Source of the DNA: a virus
Virus record (IMG/VR): IMGVR_UViG_3300028920_001037
Coordinates: 11,063 to 75,062 of that record
Direction: 5' to 3' (one strand)
DNA: 64,000 nucleotides
The notes under the pieces were generated by a model. The model worked only from the letters and a program-made list of their open reading frames with translations. It made no database searches and had not been told where the DNA came from. Below, in pieces: positions 34,735-44,591 of this stretch (positions are counted from its first letter, which is position 1; each line of letters opens with the position of its first letter). Made by a program: the position numbers and the translations under genes.

Positions 34735-36437
34735 TTATCCCTCTTTGGTAAATATTTTCTCAATTGTCTATCAAATTCAATATTATCCTTAATAAAATCT
34801 AATTCTTTAATCTTATCAAACTCTGCATACCATTTGTCACTATTAAATATGTATTTTCCATCTTTATCTAATCTACAATGTTTTCTGCCATGAAAGTGAA
34901 GAATCTTTGTCTTTTTGGTAACTTTATCATATTTACAACTTGTATTATAATCATTTGATACTATACTGTTTTTATATTTAGGTAATAGTAAATGACATGA
35001 TTGTTCATCAGGTATAAACATATCTGTGCCATGCTTGGCATAGTCAAACCAATGTTTCATTAGTTCGCTGTCTTTTTTAAAGGCATATACACCAACATTA
35101 ATTGAGGCTCTTGGTTCAAGAGCTTCATCCATCATATCTGGAAATATTTCTCTAAACTCAAGAATTCTTTTCTTTATTACACTTCTTTGGTTCGTCCAAT
35201 CAGAAAACTGTGTTACGACAAACTCATTCTTATCAGCAGCGTCATGAAGTTCATCAAAACTTTTTAAAACGATTGTATCAGAATCTATGAATATTGTATT
35301 CTCATATGGTGTGTATGTATGTGCTAAACATTTATTTAAAAGGATTTCTTTACGATTAAGTTTCTCTAAATCAATGATTTTTATATTAACTCCAAAATGT
35401 TTCGCTATTTTTTTACATTCATCATATCCACCATAATCTGATAGTATTGTTATTTTTTCTTTGGGGTAATGGTTTACACAAGTTGATAGAGAAACTGCAA
35501 GTCTAACCAATGCACCCTTACCAACATTATAATAAATTAATCCACATGAACCTTTAATGGGTTTTTCTGATTTTTTAATTTTTTCAATCTTGACTTTTAT
35601 ATCTTTATCTTTTTTATTTTGTTTTTTATCATTTTTCTCGGCGTCAAATCTATCGTACATTCCCTCAACCTTTTCTGTTTTTATATCTGGAAAATTCTTT
35701 AAAGATAATTTAATAGCTTCATCAAAATCTATAAAAGGAAAAACTTTAAGCTCTGAATCGGGATTGCAATTGTAAACATGAAAATCATTTTTTTCAAAAA
35801 TGGGCTGAAGCTGAATATATCTTTCATTCATTTTATTATATGAATTGTTATTTTGTTTAATCGAACCTGTACTTCTTGTCTGATTCCAAGAATAATTTGC
35901 TTGACCACCTTTCATCTTGAAATCACAACCAAGAAGAAAGACATTTTTAAAACCAAGTACATAACACATTTTAAGAACTGCCATCATTATACTACGACCA
36001 CCACCATATTTTTTATGGTTTCCCCAATTAATAGTCTTTTCAGTTAAATATGTATCTTTATTGAAGTGTTCATTTCTATGATAGTAAATTACATTAGGGC
36101 AATCCATAACTCTTAATTCTGTTTTTTTCCAATTAAAATTATCAAATAAAGTGGTATCAGATTTAGTTATAGGAACAAACTTAGTAATATTAGGGTCTTT
36201 CCAAACACTAATCATAAACCTTGATGGATGGTCAACACATGACCACAAATTAGGTCTAAAGGTTTTTGCAGAATTATTTACACCAAATGTTATTATACCG
36301 GGTTGTTTAAGTTTATTCAGGTCATGATTATTTAATGAAGGTCCAGATAAAACCAAGAAGCATGATTTATTTTTATAATGGTTTTCAATTGGAATTGGTT
36401 TCTTGTCAAATGTACTAAAGGTCAACTCATCACTCAT
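34731..36437 (-). CDS. Maf/DUF115-like (sialyltransferase-type fold) domain fused to a GT8-like domain
   Basis: LVLSGPSL, GVNN, LGFKNVFLLGCDF, VYNCN; FIDSDT, NVGV, DEQ, HFHG. Confidence 0.68.
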   Translation of the reverse strand: MSDELTFSTFDKKPIPIENHYKNKSCFLVLSGPSLNNHDLNKLKQPGIITFGVNNSAKTFRPNLWSCVDHPSRFMISVWKDPNITKFVPITKSDTTLFDNFNWKKTELRVMDCPNVIYYHRNEHFNKDTYLTEKTINWGNHKKYGGGRSIMMAVLKMCYVLGFKNVFLLGCDFKMKGGQANYSWNQTRSTGSIKQNNNSYNKMNERYIQLQPIFEKNDFHVYNCNPDSELKVFPFIDFDEAIKLSLKNFPDIKTEKVEGMYDRFDAEKNDKKQNKKDKDIKVKIEKIKKSEKPIKGSCGLIYYNVGKGALVRLAVSLSTCVNHYPKEKITILSDYGGYDECKKIAKHFGVNIKIIDLEKLNRKEILLNKCLAHTYTPYENTIFIDSDTIVLKSFDELHDAADKNEFVVTQFSDWTNQRSVIKKRILEFREIFPDMMDEALEPRASINVGVYAFKKDSELMKHWFDYAKHGTDMFIPDEQSCHLLLPKYKNSIVSNDYNTSCKYDKVTKKTKILHFHGRKHCRLDKDGKYIFNSDKWYAEFDKIKELDFIKDNIEFDRQLRKYLPKRDK

Positions 36438-36460
36438 ATAAACTCCTATCTATTTCAAGA

Positions 36461-36496
36461 TATTTATAATATAATATATTATTCGTAAAAAGTCAA
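36461..36496 (-). promoter_or_regulatory. Tandem sigma70-type and late promoter
   Basis: TTGACT-17bp-TATATT (36496-36468) immediately followed by TATAAATA (36468-36461). Confidence 0.72.
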
Positions 36497-36523
36497 CTTA
36501 TGTTTGAAACTTAAATAATATAT

Positions 36524-37135
36524 TTACCTATTGTCAAATCTTTCATCCTGTTCGGTTTCAACCGGAATTGCATTTATCAAATTATAAATAATATCTTTTT
36601 GTTCATCTGTAAACTTCCATCTTTTATTTACATTTTTATCAGCCCAGTCTTTAACTGAAGAGCCTTTTTCTTCTGACATTGCTAACCAATCAGCCATCAT
36701 CTCAGCAACATATATATCAGGCATTTTAGTTGCATCGACTAATTGATCTGGTACGGCATCTCTATCTTTTGTATTAATGTTTGCTGTATCTCCAGCCCAA
36801 CATTCCGGATGATGTTTATTAACCTTAACATGATGTAAAGTTGCCTCATTACATTTATCCTTAACTCCATCTGGCATTGTATAGTCTTTACCCAAGTCTT
36901 TACAATGATAATCCCATGAGATGAAGATATAAGGAATTTTCTCTACATCATCTTCAAGTTTACTTTTATCATGTTCTTCAGTTTGTTTTGATAAACCTTC
37001 ATATCGTTTATCATAGTCTTCAATTTTCTTTGCATATTTTTGAACTCGACCAATGTGTTTTTTAGTTCTTTGTTCAAACCAGTCTTTCATTTCATCAGTA
37101 TAATTCATACTTTCATAAAAACTTTTAAATGTCAT
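36524..37135 (-). CDS. HD-like phosphohydrolase (DUF5662-like), putatively capsid-targeted
   Basis: MTFKSFYES; H...V, HDKSK, HH...NKHHPE, EM.ADW.AM. Confidence 0.68.
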   Translation of the reverse strand: MTFKSFYESMNYTDEMKDWFEQRTKKHIGRVQKYAKKIEDYDKRYEGLSKQTEEHDKSKLEDDVEKIPYIFISWDYHCKDLGKDYTMPDGVKDKCNEATLHHVKVNKHHPECWAGDTANINTKDRDAVPDQLVDATKMPDIYVAEMMADWLAMSEEKGSSVKDWADKNVNKRWKFTDEQKDIIYNLINAIPVETEQDERFDNR

Positions 37136-37145
37136 ACTAACTCCT

Positions 37146-37769
37146 TTATTTTTCTCCTACTTTAGATGATCCTCCACCCATTTTCCATGCATGTTTTGTC
37201 CAACCTGTTTGAGGGCTTCCACTCTTTTTTTCTTCACCTTCTTCTGGTGAGGTAGCTGCCATTATTTTTTCGTCATCTGAATCTGTTTCGGATTTTCCTA
37301 TATTAGTTTTATCAAGTAAAAGTTTCATAACTAAGTATACAACATCACCATCAGTTTCTGTATTTTTACTTAAAATTTTATTAAGTTTATAATATCCACC
37401 TATACTCGGTTCTGTTTCTAAAAATATTTCAAATTTAGCAACTTCTGGTTTAATAAAACTTTCAATTGCTTCTTTAACATCATCAACATTTGAGTTAACT
37501 TTTTCTGCTAAATTTGAAAGATTAATTTTTTGTATAAGTTTAATAGAATTTCCTTGTTTACCATCAAACATATAACCATCTATTTCTGGTTTTTGGAATT
37601 CTTCATCTTCTTTACCCCATAAATTTAATGCATGAGAATCGTCTACTTTAATTAATGTAAAGTCTTTTTGCCCCTCTTGTTGTGGTGCTAAATATGGTTT
37701 AAGTTGATCTTTAACATCTTCAAAAAAAGTATTAAGTTTATTATACAAAAATTGTTTATGTTCCCTCAT
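37146..37769 (-). CDS. Hypothetical protein
   Basis: 207-aa ORF with GGAGG RBS. Confidence 0.6.
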   Translation of the reverse strand: MREHKQFLYNKLNTFFEDVKDQLKPYLAPQQEGQKDFTLIKVDDSHALNLWGKEDEEFQKPEIDGYMFDGKQGNSIKLIQKINLSNLAEKVNSNVDDVKEAIESFIKPEVAKFEIFLETEPSIGGYYKLNKILSKNTETDGDVVYLVMKLLLDKTNIGKSETDSDDEKIMAATSPEEGEEKKSGSPQTGWTKHAWKMGGGSSKVGEK

Positions 37770-37926
37770 TATTTCCTCCCAAGTTTTCTAAAAATGATAA
37801 TTGTTTATCTACATACCAGTTATATTCTAAATAATTATTAAATTGTTTATCTCTAGCATTAACATCTTCATTAATACTTTTATCGTCATTCATTTTTTCA
37901 TTTAAATATTTATCAAAGTTTTCCAT
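37756..37926 (-). CDS. Small putative capsid-targeted protein (56 aa, below the ORF-track cutoff)
   Basis: Hand translation MENFDKYLNEK...; fills the gap between genes. Confidence 0.5.
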   Translation of the reverse strand: MENFDKYLNEKMNDDKSINEDVNARDKQFNNYLEYNWYVDKQLSFLENLGGNNEGT

Positions 37927-37927
37927 A

Positions 37928-38902
37928 TTAAACCGATACCTTTTCTTTTTCTTTAGATGTTACAAATTGTTTTCTAGATTCTCTTATTTTATTTATAAAA
38001 CCTCTCAAAATATCTTCTAGATTATCTTTTTTAATTTCATATACTATTGATGTATTTGTTTCGGGATCTGTAAACTGTGCCATATTAATATAACTATAAC
38101 CAGGAGGAATATCCCAGAAACCATCAAACTTTAATCCTGTTTTATCAGCTAAGTATTTAGCTATCTGAACAATACTTGTATCAATTTTTTCAATTCCATT
38201 TTCTTCTGTAAGCAATCTAATACTATTATTTTTACTATAAAAAGATAACATTTTTTCAGTTATATATTTTTCATAATTATTTACAGACTCTTCCTTTTCT
38301 TCTTCATCTTGTAATTCAGGTTCAAGTTTATCTTTATAAGGATAAAGGTCTATTTTAAAGAAGTCTGTATCTTCAAATTTAATGAATTCAGCTTTTTGGT
38401 CTTTATCTTCAATCTCTATTTTTTTCCAATCACCTTCTTCGTCCATATATTCTTTAACTGCATCTATAGGAACATTGGCAACAAACACAATGCTAACTTC
38501 TTCATCTTCTTCCATATCAGCAGCTTTAGAAGGTTCTAATGTTGCCATAACATATTTACCTTCTTCAAAGTCTTTGTATTTCTCTTTATCTTTAACACCA
38601 TAGTAGAAATCAAAAAGTTCACCTTCAATAGCCTTTTCTGGTTCTGGTTGAGCAGCTGGTGCTCCCATACCAGGCATATTTTTTCTTTTCTTTGCCTTAT
38701 CATATTTACTAGTTTTCTTTTTCTTTCTAGCCAAGTCGATTGGTTTATATTTCATTTGTTCTTCAGGTGCCAAAGACTTAATCTTAACATAATGCATTTC
38801 ACCTGATTTGGTTCTGTGCCAAACTCTTCTTTCGCGCCATGCGATTGAAGGTGGTTTATAGTCTTTTGAATACTCGTTTAATAAATGATCTAATATACTC
38901 AT
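37928..38902 (-). CDS. Hypothetical protein, putatively capsid-targeted
   Basis: MSILDHLLNE; internal YEKYITE / LLTE motifs. Confidence 0.55.
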   Translation of the reverse strand: MSILDHLLNEYSKDYKPPSIAWRERRVWHRTKSGEMHYVKIKSLAPEEQMKYKPIDLARKKKKTSKYDKAKKRKNMPGMGAPAAQPEPEKAIEGELFDFYYGVKDKEKYKDFEEGKYVMATLEPSKAADMEEDEEVSIVFVANVPIDAVKEYMDEEGDWKKIEIEDKDQKAEFIKFEDTDFFKIDLYPYKDKLEPELQDEEEKEESVNNYEKYITEKMLSFYSKNNSIRLLTEENGIEKIDTSIVQIAKYLADKTGLKFDGFWDIPPGYSYINMAQFTDPETNTSIVYEIKKDNLEDILRGFINKIRESRKQFVTSKEKEKVSV

Positions 38903-38913
38903 TTGTTATCCTT

Positions 38914-40275
38914 TTATAATTCGAATTCGTTTATATCTGTAATATCAGCTTCTACTTGGAAAAATTTTAAAAAGTAACCCAATCCTTTCTTAATAATTTG
39001 AACTATGGCGTTGTAAATTCTTTTCATAAAATTAACAACTACAGTACCATACTTTTTAATTTTATCCATAAAACCTTCATTAAGATCTTCTGTAATTAAA
39101 TCACAATCTATTCCTAATGATTCGGCATATTCAAATAATTTACAAACATTTATTTCAGTTGTTTCTTTCTTTACAGGCACTTCTTGAACATCAAGAATAG
39201 TTGAAGAACCGCTGTTACCACTAGTCTTCCAATTAACCAAAATCTTAACTTGATTAGCTAATTTTTTAATTTTACTACTAATAATTGCAAACTCAATTAC
39301 TGATGCATCACTATTAAATTTTAAAAAGTAGTTTGCCTTTGGTGGTTGTTCAATGAATTTTAAATCTCCGGTAACGGCCTCTTTAATAAATTCTTGTTTA
39401 AATCGACTATTGTTTGCTACAATATTATTTAAAATTCTTTCAAACTCTTTGTGGTTTAATCCTATTTTTGTTTTAGCTTCTAAATCTTTTACATTTCTTC
39501 CTAATAAAGCTTCTTCACTAGATTCTGGTTTAACCCATTTATCTACGGTTTTAATAAATTCATCACCAACATTTGCCTTATTTAAAGCATTATAGATGAG
39601 AGCTTGACCTTCACCATGTATTACCTGTGGTGATGCTAAACGAATTCGACCAGTTTTACTCATTAACTTTAATGACATTCTATATGCTTCACTAATTAAA
39701 ACGTCAGTTTTTGGCGTTCTATCTGGTGATCTTTTTGAATTTACCAATGATACATATTGTCTACTCAATTGATAATTTTTATTGGCTCCTATATTAATAG
39801 CTGGTTGATTAGTTTTAATTTGTTTATCAATATAATCAGCTATTTTTTTACCAACAGTATTATCCATTGATGTTGGTTCTTTAACTTTGAATTCCTTAAT
39901 ATGTTTTTTATTCCAAGCATTAGTTATAGCAGCTTCATATGTTGTACCTTTTTCTAAAGATCTTGATACGAATTCCTTTGTCTTAACTATATGTGCTAAT
40001 CTATATTTTTCACCATCACTACCTATAAATAAAATATTTTTAATATTCTCATCTCTATCTTTTAACATTTTAATTGCTTTTGAATTTAAATTTACAGGGA
40101 AAGTAATTTCTTTAGTTTCACCTTTTTTTCTTATGGCAAATTTCGATTCATCTTTAATCTTTTTTAAAAATGTATCGACTCTACCAGGTCTATTAAATAA
40201 ACTTACATAACTAAAAGTACCACGACCAGCATGTTTGTCTTCGGACTCAGTAAAATAATGTTCTCTAAATCTCAT
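38914..40275 (-). CDS. PD-(D/E)XK restriction-nuclease-like protein, putatively capsid-targeted (paralog A)
   Basis: MRFREHYFTE; YE..I, TPKTDV...RMSLK, EA.TG..KF; amphipathic C-terminus. Confidence 0.55.
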   Translation of the reverse strand: MRFREHYFTESEDKHAGRGTFSYVSLFNRPGRVDTFLKKIKDESKFAIRKKGETKEITFPVNLNSKAIKMLKDRDENIKNILFIGSDGEKYRLAHIVKTKEFVSRSLEKGTTYEAAITNAWNKKHIKEFKVKEPTSMDNTVGKKIADYIDKQIKTNQPAINIGANKNYQLSRQYVSLVNSKRSPDRTPKTDVLISEAYRMSLKLMSKTGRIRLASPQVIHGEGQALIYNALNKANVGDEFIKTVDKWVKPESSEEALLGRNVKDLEAKTKIGLNHKEFERILNNIVANNSRFKQEFIKEAVTGDLKFIEQPPKANYFLKFNSDASVIEFAIISSKIKKLANQVKILVNWKTSGNSGSSTILDVQEVPVKKETTEINVCKLFEYAESLGIDCDLITEDLNEGFMDKIKKYGTVVVNFMKRIYNAIVQIIKKGLGYFLKFFQVEADITDINEFEL

Positions 40276-40284
40276 TGTTACTCC

Positions 40285-41373
40285 TTATAAATCTGTAAAA
40301 TCAATAGGTTCAGCTTCTATTACTGGAATTATTCCCCAAAAATTACAAAAATCGTCAAAACCTTTTTTAAGCATGTTTATTAATTTATTAAAAATATTCT
40401 TAAAAAAGTCCCATATTTTTTGTAATACTCCTTGTTCTTCTTCATTTAACAAAGATAATTCTTTATCTAGATATTTATATTCCTGTACAAGAAAATCATT
40501 CCAACATGTTGCTTCCTTAGTTGGGTCTTTTGCTTCATATCTATGTGATGTTCTATAATATAAATTGGATGGGTCATGTTTATCCTTATCCGTTTTATAT
40601 GAAATTCTAAACTTAGATTTCTGCATTACCTTATCTATAAAATTATCATCTGTTAAAATATCATAATATCCTATTTTCTTAGCATCATTTGTAAAAGAAA
40701 GCATTTTATAGGCCGCGGCTTTTGGTTCTGTTGATGAAAATTTAATTTGTCCTGACAAAGCTTCCTTAACAATATCCCTATTAAATTCCTCATTTTGAAA
40801 TATATCTTTTAACATAACCTGTATTTTATCATCAAGTTCTTTTGTTTTATCTGCTATTTCTTTTTTACGACTTGCCGGTGCCTTAAATCTATCCATAAAT
40901 CCTTGTTCCATAGTTCTATTTAATTCTACAACTTGGTTCTGTAATCCTTGATATAGTTCCTTTTTGCTGTTCATAACTGCAAAAAACAATGCCATAGATT
41001 CTGTTTTGGCTCCACTTGAGAGTGTTGACTTCTCACCCTTTGCACCAGCTTTAAGTGATAGATTAATCTGTTTAGGACTGTTAACTACTATGTCGGATTT
41101 TGATTTTGATTTACCAGCAGGATATTCAGTTCCTGTTTCTGGATCAACAAATGCAAATGCTTTACTTACTTGAAATGGTACCGGACCTATAGCTTCGGAT
41201 TCTACATCTCCAGTTATATTTTCTCTTTTAAAAAAGTCTTCACAAACTTTTTTAGTCGCTTCTGCAAGTTCTGGAAATGATTCAACACGACCAGTATTTA
41301 AATATTCATTGACAGTAACTTCAAATTGATCACCAATAGTTGCTTCTGTTAAATAAAATTCCTTAAATCTCAT
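40285..41373 (-). CDS. PD-(D/E)XK restriction-nuclease-like protein, putatively capsid-targeted (paralog B)
   Basis: MRFKEFYLTE; FE..V, KSKSDI...NLSLK, EA.SG..KF; amphipathic C-terminus. Confidence 0.55.
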   Translation of the reverse strand: MRFKEFYLTEATIGDQFEVTVNEYLNTGRVESFPELAEATKKVCEDFFKRENITGDVESEAIGPVPFQVSKAFAFVDPETGTEYPAGKSKSKSDIVVNSPKQINLSLKAGAKGEKSTLSSGAKTESMALFFAVMNSKKELYQGLQNQVVELNRTMEQGFMDRFKAPASRKKEIADKTKELDDKIQVMLKDIFQNEEFNRDIVKEALSGQIKFSSTEPKAAAYKMLSFTNDAKKIGYYDILTDDNFIDKVMQKSKFRISYKTDKDKHDPSNLYYRTSHRYEAKDPTKEATCWNDFLVQEYKYLDKELSLLNEEEQGVLQKIWDFFKNIFNKLINMLKKGFDDFCNFWGIIPVIEAEPIDFTDL

Positions 41374-41377
41374 CGGA

Positions 41378-42850
41378 TTAACCTTTCTTTGCCATTGCCC
41401 ATCTATGTGCTAAAGCTTTACTTGTTTTTATCTTCTCACCCTTCTCAGCGGCTTCTTTTGCTTTCTCAAGTGTTGCTTTTAGTTTTGACCACTTATCAAT
41501 ACCTGATTGCTTTCCCTTACCAGCTGTAACAGCAGCCACAGCCGCTTCCATATTCTTTTCAAACTTTCCTGTAAGAGAATCAATCGATCTTGCTATACCA
41601 AGTTTCGATGCTTCGGCTTCTCCACCAGCTTGATATTCTTTTCCATAAGTTTCTAAATCCTTAATGAAGTTTGCAACATCCAATTTTCCAGAAACTAACT
41701 TTACAAATAAGTCTATTCTATCTTTTCTGATAGGAACAAGATGCATTAATTCTTGACCCAATTCCTTATCTTGATAAACAATCTTATATAAAGATTCTGC
41801 CTTTTCAGGAACAGTTTGGTCTGAATTGACTATATTCACAAACTCAGGGTTATTTACAACAGAACTAATAATCTTCTCGACTCTATTATCATACTTTGTT
41901 CCTGCACCATGAATAGGAAGAAAGATATGTTTCTTTTCTTTCTTCTTACAATAGTTACACTTTCTACAGTCACCTATACAATGACGAGCAATTGTAACTG
42001 GTGAACCATAATACTCTTGACCTTTAATAGTTTTGTCTTTAATCTTCTTCATTATGTCAATGAATTCATCATACTCGACTGCTATAAATGCATTATCTAA
42101 CATATACTGTGAACCATTAACACATACATTAGGTCCTAAATCTCCAACATCTAAATCGGTTCTATGTGTATATGTGTATATTTGTAAAGGTGAACCTATG
42201 TTATTTAGTTCTGCTCCGACTTGTGCAAGTTTTTTAACATCATCTGCTGTTCCTATTTTTGCTTTCATCTCATCAGGAACTTTTGCTAGAAGTGCAGGGT
42301 CAGTTGGAATATTTCTAAATTCACCTGCTTCATTGACTCTTACATACTTAATCTTCTTTAAAGCCTTTGCAATCTCATCTAATCCTTTTGCAATACCAGC
42401 TGGAGTCAAACATGCCCATTGTTTTTCATGTCTTATATTCTTTGCTAATGGTGATCCTGGTTTATCCCCCCATCTCTTTTCTGGAGCCAATGCATAACAA
42501 TTACCATCAGCGGCTAGTTTACACAAACCAATCTTGGCAGACATACAATCCGTTGCTGTTGACATATTCATTAAAATAGTATCGCCACCTATTTTAATAT
42601 TACCTTTACCAACTTCAAAGTGTCTTTCTTCTCCTGTGTCCGGGTCTTTATAAGTTATTGACGGAGATTTATACTTATCATCTTTTTCTTCTGTAAGAGT
42701 TATTTCCTTTAATGCCCCTTCTTTAATAAGAGTTGGAAAATATTTGTCAGGAATTCCAATGTGCAACTTTCCACTTTCATCAAAATAACAAAGTTCAAAA
42801 TGAATAGGAATGTTAAGTTCAGGCTGATTATAATGTTCTGTAAATCTCAT
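41378..42850 (-). CDS. GP88-like Cys-containing phage protein
   Basis: MRFTEHY; C.....C......CYA, VR.NEAGEF, YTYT, C..DC..C..C. Confidence 0.55.
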   Translation of the reverse strand: MRFTEHYNQPELNIPIHFELCYFDESGKLHIGIPDKYFPTLIKEGALKEITLTEEKDDKYKSPSITYKDPDTGEERHFEVGKGNIKIGGDTILMNMSTATDCMSAKIGLCKLAADGNCYALAPEKRWGDKPGSPLAKNIRHEKQWACLTPAGIAKGLDEIAKALKKIKYVRVNEAGEFRNIPTDPALLAKVPDEMKAKIGTADDVKKLAQVGAELNNIGSPLQIYTYTHRTDLDVGDLGPNVCVNGSQYMLDNAFIAVEYDEFIDIMKKIKDKTIKGQEYYGSPVTIARHCIGDCRKCNYCKKKEKKHIFLPIHGAGTKYDNRVEKIISSVVNNPEFVNIVNSDQTVPEKAESLYKIVYQDKELGQELMHLVPIRKDRIDLFVKLVSGKLDVANFIKDLETYGKEYQAGGEAEASKLGIARSIDSLTGKFEKNMEAAVAAVTAGKGKQSGIDKWSKLKATLEKAKEAAEKGEKIKTSKALAHRWAMAKKG

Positions 42851-43341
42851 ATAAGTTCGAATCCTTCCTCTTTTATTTTTGATTTGGTTTCTTCAAACTT
42901 CTTTTGCATTTTATCTATAATATGGTCAGGTACATCTGATCTATCTTTACCTGCTTCAATATCTTTTCTAATTCTTCTTTTCGATTCTTCTGGGTCAATT
43001 TCAAAAATTTTTGCCTTAAGTTTAATATCTTTTGGCATTTGTTTAATTAGACTTCTTCTTTTTTCTGTATCAACATTGGTTGCATCATATATTACAGAAT
43101 CTCCACCTTCCAAGAATCTCTTGGTTGCTTCTTCTGCCATTTGAAAGACTTGAGCATTCATTGACTGGTCTGAAATATCGTCTGCCATTTCGCGTCTTAT
43201 TTCATCAGGTGAAACAATTTTATATTTATTACCTTTATTGAATTCCTTTATCCAAGTAGACTTACCGGATCCAGGAATTCCAATCGGAAGAACTAGTTCC
43301 GGTTTATCATCTTCAGTATAAAATTCTTTAAATCTATTCAT
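42847..43341 (-). CDS. P-loop kinase (AAA_33 / polynucleotide-kinase-like)
   Basis: GIPGSGKST, SPDEIR, YDATN, R...R lid; N-terminus MNRFKEFYTE. Confidence 0.85.
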   Translation of the reverse strand: MNRFKEFYTEDDKPELVLPIGIPGSGKSTWIKEFNKGNKYKIVSPDEIRREMADDISDQSMNAQVFQMAEEATKRFLEGGDSVIYDATNVDTEKRRSLIKQMPKDIKLKAKIFEIDPEESKRRIRKDIEAGKDRSDVPDHIIDKMQKKFEETKSKIKEEGFELI

Positions 43342-43346
43342 AAATA

Positions 43347-43354
43347 TATTTATA
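43347..43354 (-). promoter_or_regulatory. T4-type late promoter
   Basis: TATAAATA 5 nt upstream of the kinase ATG (leaderless-like). Confidence 0.55.
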
Positions 43355-43360
43355 ATTTAA

Positions 43361-43627
43361 TTAATGTGATAGATATAAGTCTATAGTTTTCTTATCAAAA
43401 CCAATATCTATTAAATATTTCTCTTGTGCTTCCGATAATCTTTTAACTGCCACAAACATATTTTCATTATTATTATTTAAATGTGTAACTTTTACCCATC
43501 CTTTTTGTTCTAACTCTTGTTCTGTAAATCCAATTTTTTCTGAAAACTTAACATGTTCACCATAACCACAAGGATAAAAATTGCCATCTCTATCTATCCA
43601 CCCTGTTGTTGGTGTTGTTTCTTTCAT
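43361..43627 (-). CDS. Hypothetical protein
   Basis: GWID.DG.FYPC..GEH...GWVK. Confidence 0.55.
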   Translation of the reverse strand: MKETTPTTGWIDRDGNFYPCGYGEHVKFSEKIGFTEQELEQKGWVKVTHLNNNNENMFVAVKRLSEAQEKYLIDIGFDKKTIDLYLSH

Positions 43628-44129
43628 ATTTGTCTAGCTCCTTAATTGTATCATTAGTTGATTTGTGTAGTAATCCAATACCTCCAGCTTTTTCCCACCT
43701 GTCTATATTCCCTTTCATATCATCAACTAATATACTTTTATTATCAGCATATTTTTCTTTATTTCTGTCTATTATATATTCAACATCATTTCCTAACTCT
43801 CTTTTAATCCAATCTATTTTACCTTTCTTTACAATATCAATATTTTGAGTGCCTGGAGATGATAGTATTATTGGATTAAATTGTTTCAAAAAATCCCACA
43901 GTTCTTTTCCATCTTTAGTCCAGGGAAGATTTGCCCACCAATCTGAACCTGCATCATGAATTAATTTCCACGCTTCAACATCTTTACCTTCAGCTTCCCA
44001 TTCATCCATAGTTTTACCTGGACTTAATTTATCAAACCCATCAACCCAACTTACAATAACACTATCCATGTCAACATATAACTTATAGTTTTTTAAATCT
44101 TCTGTAAAATAAAATAGCTTAAAACGCAT
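43590..44129 (-). CDS. HAD-family 5'(3')-nucleotidase/phosphatase
   Basis: YVDMDSV (DxD), WANLPW, ILSSP, K..W, LVDD...N...W...GG; N-terminus MRFKLFYFTE. Confidence 0.8.
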   Translation of the reverse strand: MRFKLFYFTEDLKNYKLYVDMDSVIVSWVDGFDKLSPGKTMDEWEAEGKDVEAWKLIHDAGSDWWANLPWTKDGKELWDFLKQFNPIILSSPGTQNIDIVKKGKIDWIKRELGNDVEYIIDRNKEKYADNKSILVDDMKGNIDRWEKAGGIGLLHKSTNDTIKELDKYERNNTNNRVDR

Positions 44130-44160
44130 GTATCTAATCCTTTATATAATATGCTATATA

Positions 44161-44168
44161 TATTTATA
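44161..44168 (-). promoter_or_regulatory. T4-type late promoter
   Basis: TATAAATA upstream of 44129. Confidence 0.6.
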
Positions 44169-44187
44169 ATAATATTGAAAGGATGTT

Positions 44188-44475
44188 ATGTACTATTGTG
44201 AATTGTGTGACTATAAAACCGAGAACAGGAACAATATTGAGTATCATCATATAGTTCCTAAGGAGTTAGAAGGTTCTGATAAATTGTTTAATCGTGTATA
44301 TCTATGCCCCAACCATCATAAAATGGTCTACATAGAAGATAGTAAGGCAGGAATTCACTCGATTAGGAACAGCGACTCTATCATTATAAGGGGTTGGTTT
44401 AAGTCAACTACAGGTGATGTTCTACTAACAGAAGCGCAAGGCATTGAAAAATATATAGACCGAAAGAATTTGTAA
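44188..44475 (+). CDS. Small HNH endonuclease
   Basis: CELC, HHIVP, N...LCPNHH. Confidence 0.8.
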   Translation: MYYCELCDYKTENRNNIEYHHIVPKELEGSDKLFNRVYLCPNHHKMVYIEDSKAGIHSIRNSDSIIIRGWFKSTTGDVLLTEAQGIEKYIDRKNL

Positions 44476-44521
44476 CTATAATTTTTTTCTTCTTTTGTTT
44501 TTAATTTTTTTAATTAGTTTA

Positions 44522-44562
44522 ATAAATCCCCTAATCTGTTTAGGCAGAGTTAAGGGATTTAT
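44522..44562. terminator. Hairpin between convergent genes, probable terminator
   Basis: ATAAATCCC/GGGATTTAT stem. Confidence 0.55.
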
Positions 44563-44591
44563 ACTAATTGTAATTTTTTCTACAGGTAATT

